Origin: Nanobdellota archaeon
Lineage (GTDB): Archaea; Nanobdellota; Nanobdellia; Pacearchaeales; GW2011-AR1
Reading direction: 5' to 3'
NCBI GenBank assembly: GCA_038045945.1
Contig: JBBSXC010000002.1
Coordinates: 1 to 16,171 of the forward strand
DNA length: 16,171 nucleotides
Shown: positions 9,601-16,100 of the stretch, piece after piece
Layout: each line of letters opens with the position of its first letter
Numbering within the stretch: the stretch's first letter is position 1
The notes under the pieces: generated by a model
What the model saw: the letters and a program-made list of their open reading frames with translations, nothing else
The model's database searches: none
Told to the model about the DNA's origin: nothing
Translations under genes and position numbers: made by a program

Positions 9601-10797
9601 TTCTTGTCCGCAAATGTATGTTAAGTTTGGTGCTTCATTGATGTTATTAATCACGAAGAATAGAGAATAATTTTTTTGTCCGTCTTGGGCAAATCCGTAT
9701 CCGCTAGCGTTATCTGTTACTGAGATGTTTATTGTGTAGTTTCCTACGTCATCCCTTCCTGCTGGTGTGAAGTTTACAAACATTGCTGTCGTGTTATAAG
9801 TTGTGTTGTATTGTGTTACGTTCCATATTGTGCAGTTTGGCCCTGTGTTTCTACTACTCCAATTTGCTAGTATGCATGATGAGAATGTTACGTTAAATCT
9901 TAATGGCAAGTGTGGTTCTTCATCTATTGCGAATATTACTGATGTGAAGTTGTTTCCTGGTTCCGTTGCGTTTATTGTTATGTTTTGGAAGTTTTGTAAT
10001 AGTGGCACGTCATTAATTTCTGTTATGTTTAGTGCTAGTAGTGATCCTTGGTCTAATGATTCTGTATCTCTAACTTTTAGTTCTATTTGCATATCTGTCC
10101 CGTTGTGTTTGCTTAGTGTTGCATTAATTTTTAGTATTCCTGTGCTTACGTTTATGCTGAATATTGATGAGTTTACAGTGTAGTTTGATCCTAGGCTAAA
10201 TGTTAAATTATCGTTTGTGTCTGGTTCTGTGATGTTTGCTGTCATGTTATAAGTGCATATTGTGTCTTCTACGCATCCTAAAATGTCGTGTGTTAGGCTG
10301 CTTCCGTCAAAGTTTATCCAGTCAGCTCCCGATTCTTTTGATATTACTGGTATCGTGTTTGTTATTAGAAAATTTTCTTGTAGTATGCTTTGTGCGCTTG
10401 CGTTATAGCACCATACTTCGAACGTGTGGTTTCCTTTGTATGTGAATGTTCTGTTATAGTAGTATGGTAGTGCTGTTGTGTTATATGTCATGTTTACATA
10501 AGCACCGTATGTTCCTGTAAAGTTGAATCTTATACTACATGTGTCTGGTACGTTTGCTCCGGTAATGTTTGTGTAGTTTGCGTAGAATGTTACGTTATAA
10601 GTGCTTCTTTCTGTTATTGGGGGGTTTTCTGTGTCGTCCCATATTGATAAGTTGTAGTTTGTGCTAGAGTTGTTTGTTCTGGTTAATGCTTGTGTTGTTT
10701 GTAATGATGCTAATACTGAAATCATTATTGTTATTGTTAGTATAACTAAGAATATTTTCTCGTTCTTTATTGCCTGATCTCTTTTTTTCTTTTTCAT
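6628..10797 (-). CDS. Giant membrane-anchored surface protein with tandem cadherin-like/Ig-like repeats (putative adhesin)
   Basis: Signal/TM at the N-terminus. Units of ~100-115 aa end in EINDVP, NINEAP, NVNDSV, GNSAP, NINDTP and SINHAP, with DxD motifs (DIDE, DNDL, DPDGD) and recurring NFTPxxxxVG. After the SSGGGVGGGGG linker come an Ig-like domain, a helical segment with two Cys, a C-terminal TM and a basic tail. Confidence 0.88.
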   Translation of the reverse strand: MKKKKRDQAIKNEKIFLVILTITIMISVLASLQTTQALTRTNNSSTNYNLSIWDDTENPPITERSTYNVTFYANYTNITGANVPDTCSIRFNFTGTYGAYVNMTYNTTALPYYYNRTFTYKGNHTFEVWCYNASAQSILQENFLITNTIPVISKESGADWINFDGSSLTHDILGCVEDTICTYNMTANITEPDTNDNLTFSLGSNYTVNSSIFSINVSTGILKINATLSKHNGTDMQIELKVRDTESLDQGSLLALNITEINDVPLLQNFQNITINATEPGNNFTSVIFAIDEEPHLPLRFNVTFSSCILANWSSRNTGPNCTIWNVTQYNTTYNTTAMFVNFTPAGRDDVGNYTINISVTDNASGYGFAQDGQKNYSLFFVINNINEAPNLTYICGQEFGASTPYFNISENTPFSCYVNASDIDELANLTYVSNFTWFLNATNVTPVNYNSSTAINFTPDDYQVGNWSINISVLDNIGYPPNKYSSRLIRLQVFNVNDSVSLFPTTNFTGFNGNTYTLYINATDNDLLVPNKNVSNGGFNESINFTAKNMSGSTIPWITIAKTGDTNNRSQVSLTFTANSTTLGNNTINLSVVDNNGFSGSNFIFIIQLVGNSAPEWSIGQNFTVEENTNFYLNLSNNVSDPDGDLINFSYYNLSQTQFPEFYNGSNSQGIINFTPIDIDVGYHNITINASDGRTPGVTNISIYVSNINDTPTIDSFAGPTVSEDSSSGSMQINVRDNDFRIKQKGIYNENISFNFTIVGPNTNLFNLTLLSVPTPSQPDLMIYSATFTPNKSDLGGALQKIYNVYVQAQDQSGLNATSSFTITINSINHAPNITQISNQSTYQGANLTIRMNITDREDNSTDSGGTYNITYSFLQGTSFANSSTFNTSTGIINLSINSTISGSYHINVSVNDTSNAQSSMDFWINVYDQVRIVAYNPTVVYSSENSTIMINMTGNHTVGDNLNYTIIIDGIVRNTSVGNGAGGANVTLALYLNLTDETTCGGAKNLTINISNPYFSNTTIINLSVNHTNYPVSFASIIANTTAGGSITYTLTDYFSDGDVNSNTCNNYSVEFSFLRMNSSFSQISGSFTATITNWTNSSGELPKFNVSTSTVTGIEYFQIIANDTYSLAKSNNFSVNLTPSSTSVTTPSSGGGVGGGGGASRPVSLKLLLPDKISSFKYDQIVVPLTLLNSGQTKLTGINLKSLVVVNENVTGIVNVSFGQTFFDSLTSGQKKTTNMTISIDTKKTGRVEIIINGTVRDPSFSDWGKFFLDIIETNKTEVEQIILFTDELLVQNPECAELKESLDRAKKALAEGKADEAWQYSNEVVRACKNSIAQRPTIIGPKTPTRDILVYLVSGTLGILSLIFVYHLFNRMRMRREPNFSEFKI

Positions 10798-10814
10798 GTC
10801 AAATTTTTGTTCTT

Positions 10815-12758
10815 TTATTGTTGGTCGTTTTCCTCAATTCTTTTCTTGATTGCGAATAATTTGTATAATGTGTATATTATTGCTACTATTAGTAATAGTA
10901 TTAGTATTATCAGTAAGTATAACAAGTAGTTTATTTTTTTTGGTTTTTCTATCTGACAAGAATTTGGGCATGGACCTCCACAGTCTATTGCTTCTTCTCC
11001 TTGGTTTTGTATTGTGTCTGAGCATGTTGGGCATTGTGAGCATGGACCTCCACAGTCTACTAATACTTCGCATGATTTGTCATGACAATTTTTCACGTTG
11101 TCATTACATGATGGGTTTGCTACGTAGAAGCATTCTTCTGTGACGTTAGGTTTTTTTGTTGTTGTTTTGCAATTGTTTATGTCTTTACAGTCTAATAGTT
11201 TTATTCCGCATTCTTCTTCGCTCCATCCTTCTAATCGGCATTTTATTTCTATTATTCCTCTGCTTAAGTCGTCTAATAATTTGTTTTTGTATAGTCCGTT
11301 AATGTTTTGGCACATTGCGGTGTTATCACAAACCCATCTTTCTTGGCATGTTCCTCCACCTCCTCCGCCTCCCCCTCCAGTGCTTGATCTTGGTGGGTTG
11401 CTTATTGTTATTGTCCATGATCTGCTATCGTTTAGTTCTCCGTCGCTTACTCTTACTGATACGTTGAATGTTCCTCCATCTGAGAATGTTTTGTTGAACT
11501 GGTTTGTTAGCGATGTTTCTAGCACGCCATTTATTGACCAGTACGCGCTTGGTGTTGTGTCATCTGGGTCTTCAGTTGATACGTTGAAGCTTATTGTTAG
11601 TGGTGGTGTACTACTTATTGTTGTGGTTGTTGGGTAGTATGATGTTATGTTTGGCGGCCTATTTTGGTTTGTTACTGTTAGTTCAAAGTTTGAGCAGTTG
11701 TATCCTGGACCGCCTGTGTATCCGCAGTATGTTGCGTTTGGGTGTATGCTCGTGTTTAGTCCTTTATCTCTTACGCATACGCTTACGTTGTATAATCCTA
11801 CTACTGATGCGTTTGCTGTCATGTTTATTTTTCCGCTAGTAGAATTTATTGTGAATATTGGTATTCCTGATATGAACGTTACGTTGTAGGTTAGGTTTCC
11901 TCCGCTGACGTTTCCGTCTTCTGTGTCGTTTGCTGTTATTTGTTTTATGAATTTTGCGTTAAACCATACTGTTTGTGCTCCTAATAGTTCTATGCTAGGG
12001 TTATGGTTTACTGCCACTACGCTTATGTTTGTTATTGCTGTGTCTGCTCTGCTTCCGTCTGATGCTGACACGTTTTCTCTGTAACTTCCTACTTGCGATT
12101 TTGTTAGTGTTCCGGAGAATATTTCTGCTATTGTTAAGTTTCCTGTTTGTGATAGTTTTGTTATGAAGAATGGGTTTATTGGTGTCATTGATACGCTTAT
12201 TGTGTCTAAGTCTTCGTCAGTTATGTTTATTAGGTGTGATAAGAATGAGTCTTCACAGGCTAATATTTGCCCTGAGAGGTTTAGTATTTGTGGTGCGGAG
12301 TTTGATATTGTTACTGAGAGTGTTACGTTTGTGTTTCCTACTTGTCCTCCTGTTAGGTTTGCGTATACTGCTAGTTTGTTTGTTCCTGTGATTAATGTTA
12401 TTGTTGTGTTTGGTGTGAATACTTGTCTGTTAACTATTATTGTTCCGCTTCCGTTGTATAATGTGTAGAACCATGTTTGTATTGTTTTTTCTGCTGATAC
12501 GTTTAAGTCTACGCTTTTGTTTTGTGATAAGTTGAACGTGTATGTTGTGTTTGTTGGGCTTGCTATTGTTATGTTTGGCGCGTTTACTACTACTTGTACG
12601 AATAATTGTGCTACTGTGCTTGAACTTCCGAATAAAAAATCGAAGTAACTTGCGAATGTTGATATCTTCCCTACTTCTGGTTTTGTGTAGCTTGCTATCC
12701 AGAAAATGTTTACTAGCATTATTAGTAAGAATCCTAATACCACCAGCTTTTTGTACAT
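10815..12758 (-). CDS. Membrane-anchored surface protein: cadherin/PKD-like Ig repeats, poly-Gly linker, Cys-rich region
   Basis: N-terminal TM; SNSAPQI, VNHNPSI, QNRPPNI, DEDLD and DPDD motifs; G9 linker; two CxD...DCGGPC repeats; C-terminal TM plus KKR. Start moved to ATG 12758 (track used TTG 12770) based on TATA spacing. Confidence 0.88.
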   Translation of the reverse strand: MYKKLVVLGFLLIMLVNIFWIASYTKPEVGKISTFASYFDFLFGSSSTVAQLFVQVVVNAPNITIASPTNTTYTFNLSQNKSVDLNVSAEKTIQTWFYTLYNGSGTIIVNRQVFTPNTTITLITGTNKLAVYANLTGGQVGNTNVTLSVTISNSAPQILNLSGQILACEDSFLSHLINITDEDLDTISVSMTPINPFFITKLSQTGNLTIAEIFSGTLTKSQVGSYRENVSASDGSRADTAITNISVVAVNHNPSIELLGAQTVWFNAKFIKQITANDTEDGNVSGGNLTYNVTFISGIPIFTINSTSGKINMTANASVVGLYNVSVCVRDKGLNTSIHPNATYCGYTGGPGYNCSNFELTVTNQNRPPNITSYYPTTTTISSTPPLTISFNVSTEDPDDTTPSAYWSINGVLETSLTNQFNKTFSDGGTFNVSVRVSDGELNDSRSWTITISNPPRSSTGGGGGGGGGTCQERWVCDNTAMCQNINGLYKNKLLDDLSRGIIEIKCRLEGWSEEECGIKLLDCKDINNCKTTTKKPNVTEECFYVANPSCNDNVKNCHDKSCEVLVDCGGPCSQCPTCSDTIQNQGEEAIDCGGPCPNSCQIEKPKKINYLLYLLIILILLLIVAIIYTLYKLFAIKKRIEENDQQ

Positions 12759-12780
12759 GATTAATATCAATTAAAATGAA

Positions 12781-12788
12781 TATTAAAA
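12781..12788 (-). promoter_or_regulatory. Putative archaeal TATA box (TTTTAATA)
   Basis: Ends 22 nt upstream of ATG 12758. Confidence 0.55.
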
Positions 12789-12858
12789 CCTTATGTTCAG
12801 ACGATAATTCGTATTTTTTGCGGCTATAATTCTTTGGAAATAATTGCTTTTAGTTCTT

Positions 12859-13284
12859 CTAAATTATTGTTACTATTTTTATTATTACTTTTCCTTTATA
12901 TTCCCCGTTTTTTGCTTCTTTTGGTATTTTTACGGTTAATAATACTTCTTTTTTCTCTTTTGGTGAGATTACTATTTTTTGTTCTACAAAGTATGGTTCT
13001 ATTTCTTCACTAGCAGTTATTTTTGCTATTACTTCTTTGTTGTAATTGTTGTTTATCTCTATTTTTGCTGTTCCTGATCCTCCAGGCATCATTTTTCCGA
13101 AGAATACTACTCCCGGTATTACTCCTATCCCCCCTTGGTCTGATATTATGAAGTACGATTCTAAAACTTTTTCTTCTAGTAGGTAGGTGTCTTGTTTTGT
13201 TGTGCTCGCAATTATTGTTATTATTGACGAAATTATTAGTATTATTGTTATAATCAGTACTATTTTTGTTGTTTTATTTTTCAT
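12859..13284 (-). CDS. Small N-terminally anchored single Ig-like domain protein (~141 aa)
   Basis: MKNKTTK plus a TM, then VFFGKMMPGG...IEINN...IPKEAKNGEYKGKVII. ATG 13284 overlaps the upstream gene by 11 nt, which is more plausible than GTG 13323 (50-nt overlap). Confidence 0.8.
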   Translation of the reverse strand: MKNKTTKIVLIITIILIISSIITIIASTTKQDTYLLEEKVLESYFIISDQGGIGVIPGVVFFGKMMPGGSGTAKIEINNNYNKEVIAKITASEEIEPYFVEQKIVISPKEKKEVLLTVKIPKEAKNGEYKGKVIIKIVTII

Positions 13285-14434
13285 TTTTTTCTTGAGATTT
13301 TTTGTTTGTTTGTTTTCCCACATTTTTTCTCTTTTTATAAATTATTATCCCTGCTATTGTTAGTATTATGATTATTGCTGTACTTATTGCTGTTATCATT
13401 ATCATGCTGTTTTGTTTTGATACTTCTAAGAATCCTTTTGTGCTTGAACTTTTTTCTGAGTAGTGCAAGATTATTTCTATTTCGTATTTTCCCGTTTTTA
13501 TGTTTGTTGCGTCTGCGAACCCTTTTAGTTGATAATTTTGAAATCCTGATACACTTACCGGCGGTGTTAGGAAGCTCATTCCTTCTTCTCCTGTTTTTGT
13601 TAGGCTTACGTTTGCGTATACTCCGTCTATTTTGTCTTTCCAGTCGTTTTGTATAGTTATTTCGAAAGGATTTATTTTTCCACTAATGATTTTTTTTGTG
13701 TAGTTTATTACTCTTATGTTTAGTTCTCCTATTCTGAAGTTGTGCTCATTTATTGATGGTTTTTCTCCTCCGTAATCTACTATTGATACTGCTCTGTAAT
13801 CTCCTGGTGTGTATTCTGATGTGTCTATCTTTTTTGTGTATTCTGCAGTTTTTGTTGGTTCTAATAATTCTGCTCCCTTATCAGTGAAATACATTTTTTC
13901 TATTAATTCTTCTCCGGAAAATATTTCTAGGCTAGGGTTTGTGAATAAGCTTTCTTTTCCTCTATTTACTATTTGTATTTTTGCTTCTGCTTCTACTCCT
14001 TTGTTTACGCTGTCTATTTGTAGTGTTGATTCTAAGTATTTTCCTGGGTATGGCACGTATATTTTTATTAGTGCTCCTACTGATATTGCTGTTCCTAATC
14101 CTCCTTTAGGGTCTACTTCTTGTTTTGCGAATATGTACAGAAGATTTGTTCCTACTTTTTTTGCTTCTGATGGTAATTTTATTATCGCTTTGAATGTTCC
14201 TGATCCTTGCATTTTTGTTTTGTCAAACCTTACGCTTTCTAGCATGTCTCCTTCTGCTGAGATGTTTGTTTTTATTTCTGGTGTTGTGTCTACTGAGTAT
14301 TCTATTGTGAATTCTTTTCCTGCTTCGTAGTCTACTTCTATTATTGCTGGTCTTATTCCTAGGTGTGCTGATGCTATGCTTATTGATAGAATTATCAGTA
14401 TTGATAATTTTATTATTTGCTCACCTTTTTTCAT
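13274..14434 (-). CDS. Secreted, C-terminally anchored protein with ~3 Ig-like domains
   Basis: Class I-like signal (ISIASA^HLGIRPA), beta-strand patterns with IVNRG, PGDYRA and TGKYEIEI, a C-terminal TM and a Lys-rich tail. Confidence 0.85.
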   Translation of the reverse strand: MKKGEQIIKLSILIILSISIASAHLGIRPAIIEVDYEAGKEFTIEYSVDTTPEIKTNISAEGDMLESVRFDKTKMQGSGTFKAIIKLPSEAKKVGTNLLYIFAKQEVDPKGGLGTAISVGALIKIYVPYPGKYLESTLQIDSVNKGVEAEAKIQIVNRGKESLFTNPSLEIFSGEELIEKMYFTDKGAELLEPTKTAEYTKKIDTSEYTPGDYRAVSIVDYGGEKPSINEHNFRIGELNIRVINYTKKIISGKINPFEITIQNDWKDKIDGVYANVSLTKTGEEGMSFLTPPVSVSGFQNYQLKGFADATNIKTGKYEIEIILHYSEKSSSTKGFLEVSKQNSMIMITAISTAIIIILTIAGIIIYKKRKNVGKQTNKKSQEKNEK

Positions 14435-14456
14435 TAGTTAAATTAGATTTCTTTCG

Positions 14457-14464
14457 TTTATAAA
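14457..14464 (-). promoter_or_regulatory. Archaeal TATA box (TTTATAAA)
   Basis: Consensus TATA ending 22 nt upstream of ATG 14434. Confidence 0.65.
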
Positions 14465-14466
14465 TT

Positions 14467-14485
14467 ATGTCAAGAATCTTGATAT
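14467..14485. promoter_or_regulatory. Palindrome ATgTCAAGA-A-TCTTGAtAT abutting the TATA box (candidate operator)
   Basis: Perfect core at 14470-14482. Extra TCTTGA half-sites at 14491-14496 and 14517-14522, and TCTTGC at 14539-14544. Confidence 0.45.
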
Positions 14486-14554
14486 TCGCTTCTTGAGCAT
14501 ACGAAAACTAATGTTTTCTTGATTTCTAAAAGAATTTTTCTTGCTCGACCTTTT

Positions 14555-14625
14555 TTATGCTGCTGCGGCTGCTGTTGCTGTTAGTGTGCTTGATAGTGCT
14601 CCTGTTGATCCGTCGTATGGTACTG
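14555..14625. repeat. Direct repeat copy 1 (69/71 identical to 16101-16171)
   Basis: Direct comparison; both mismatches are synonymous Ala codons. Confidence 0.95.
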
Positions 14626-15199
14626 CTAGTATTATGCTTATGTTTATTTGGTCTTGTGTGTCTATGTATCCTAGTTGGCTGCAGTATTGGTCTCCTGGTG
14701 AAGTTATGTTCGGGTCTCGCCATAGGCTTAGGTTGCTTACTAGTGCTCCGTTGCATGCTCCTGCGTCGCTGCTTGTTACGTTTAGTTGGTATCTTCTGTT
14801 TCCTTCGCTTCCTGCGAATAGTCCTGTTGCGTTTTTATCTGATGATAATTTTATTGTTACGTTTGTTGTTCCAATGTTTTCTAAAGCTAATGGTGTTATT
14901 CCGCTAGTACTCCAGTTTCCTCTTGTTACTACAGGTCCTGCATTTGCCGCTAGTAGTGATGCATTGTTTTGTCCGTTGTCTATGCTTCCTGCTCCCCAGT
15001 TTATTGTGTCTCGTGTGAAGTTTACACTTACTACTGTTGCTACTGTTACGTTCACGTATCCGCTTGTTCCAAATCCTGTTATCTCACTAATTTTTTGGTA
15101 TTTGTTTAGTGCTAAGAAAGAATTTGTTGCTGCGAATCCTACAGCAATTATTGCTAATAAAAGCACAACATACCCTAGACGATTATTTTTATTTTTCAT
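14555..15199 (-). CDS. Secreted beta-sandwich protein, paralog C (putative filament subunit)
   Basis: N-terminal TM, ITGFG, GYVNVTV, RGNWSTSG, LENIG, two Cys and PYDG...LSSTLTAT. Clear paralog of 15480-16091. 10 N-x-S/T sequons. Confidence 0.88.
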   Translation of the reverse strand: MKNKNNRLGYVVLLLAIIAVGFAATNSFLALNKYQKISEITGFGTSGYVNVTVATVVSVNFTRDTINWGAGSIDNGQNNASLLAANAGPVVTRGNWSTSGITPLALENIGTTNVTIKLSSDKNATGLFAGSEGNRRYQLNVTSSDAGACNGALVSNLSLWRDPNITSPGDQYCSQLGYIDTQDQINISIILAVPYDGSTGALSSTLTATAAAAA

Positions 15200-15202
15200 G
15201 AT

Positions 15203-15397
15203 TTATCCGCTCCCGTTTGATCCTGCCTGAGGATTTGGTACTACTGTTAATTCTACATTTGCTTGATTGTTTCCTTCTGCTTGAGGATTATTGTATAATT
15301 GTTTATTTATGTTTAATGACATCGTCATAACTATTGAGAATACTGATAAAAGTATTGCGACAACAAGCAAAGTTACTATTAATCTATCGGACACCAT
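15203..15397 (-). CDS. Small single-TM protein (~64 aa) with one extracellular beta-strand
   Basis: MVSDRLIVTLLVVAILLSVFSIVMTM (TM), a polar linker and ANVELTVVP. Its stop is 3 nt before the next ATG, and a TATA box lies upstream. Alternative start at 15409. Confidence 0.78.
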   Translation of the reverse strand: MVSDRLIVTLLVVAILLSVFSIVMTMSLNINKQLYNNPQAEGNNQANVELTVVPNPQAGSNGSG

Positions 15398-15425
15398 TTT
15401 TCTTATCATACTTAGATTTATTCTG

Positions 15426-15433
15426 TTTATAAA
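15426..15433 (-). promoter_or_regulatory. Archaeal TATA box (TTTATAAA) preceded by purine-rich BRE-like AACAAAG
   Basis: In the intergenic gap. It predicts a transcription start near 15403, favouring ATG 15397. Confidence 0.62.
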
Positions 15434-15479
15434 CTTTGTTGAGAATGACTGACTAGTAATTTTTTATTTATTTCTCTTT

Positions 15480-16091
15480 TTACGGCGCTGCTGAGATTGT
15501 TGCTGTTATTGTGTCTGATAATATTCCACTATTTCCGTCATATGGTATTGTTAGTAAGAAGTCTATTCTTAGTGTGTCTTGGTCGCTCAGGTATCCTAAT
15601 TGTTCGCAGAATAAATATCCGCTTGTGTTTACGTTTCTGAAAGTCGAGTTTGATAATGCTCCAGGACTACAGCTTCCTGTTTCGTTGCTTGTTATATTCC
15701 ACATGTATCTTCTGTGCCCTTGGCTTCCTCCGAATAGTGAACTTGCGTTTTTGTTTGTGCTCAGTGTTAGTGTAACGTTTCTTGATCCTATGTTCTCTAG
15801 TACTAATCCGCTCATTCCGCTAGTGCTCCAGTTTCCCCTTAGTACTGATGGCCCAGAGGTTTCTAATGTTGCGTTGCTTTGTCCATCGTCAATGCTTCCC
15901 GGTCCGAAGTTTAGTGTTTCTTGTGTGAAGTTTACACTAATTATTGTTTCCACTGTTATGTTTACGTATCCTTCTGATCCTGCTAGTCCCGATAATCCTT
16001 TAATGAAACTTTGTGGTAAGTTGTAAGAAATTATTGTGTTTAGTATTAGTACGATTGTTATTGTTATTAATACTAACTTTTGAGAATTCAT
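15480..16091 (-). CDS. Secreted beta-sandwich protein, paralog B (putative filament subunit)
   Basis: TM, LSGLAG, GYVNITV, RGNWSTSG, LENIG, two Cys and PYDG...LSDTITAT. 10 sequons. Confidence 0.88.
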   Translation of the reverse strand: MNSQKLVLITITIVLILNTIISYNLPQSFIKGLSGLAGSEGYVNITVETIISVNFTQETLNFGPGSIDDGQSNATLETSGPSVLRGNWSTSGMSGLVLENIGSRNVTLTLSTNKNASSLFGGSQGHRRYMWNITSNETGSCSPGALSNSTFRNVNTSGYLFCEQLGYLSDQDTLRIDFLLTIPYDGNSGILSDTITATISAAP

Positions 16092-16100
16092 TTTCTTTTT

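Noticed and set aside
14527-14542. Possible terminator hairpin after paralog C
   Set aside because: Only a 5-bp A/U-rich stem with a short T-run, too weak to call.
5444-14756. Alternate-frame minus ORFs 5444-5674, 5759-6316, 10834-11073 and 14526-14756
   Set aside because: They are nested in real genes and have the R/N/K/T/S composition expected from frame-shifted A-ending codons.
196-16026. All + strand ORFs in the track (e.g. 436-1002, 6605-7417, 14541-15230, 15511-16026)
   Set aside because: They lie antisense to well-supported genes and are rich in L/F/V/S. They arise because the A-rich coding strand leaves few stops on the T-rich strand.
14555-16091. Type IV pilin/archaellin call for the paralogs
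   Set aside because: No [KR][GA]^ class III cleavage site precedes the hydrophobic segment, and there are no assembly ATPase or platform genes. The conserved part begins after the TM.
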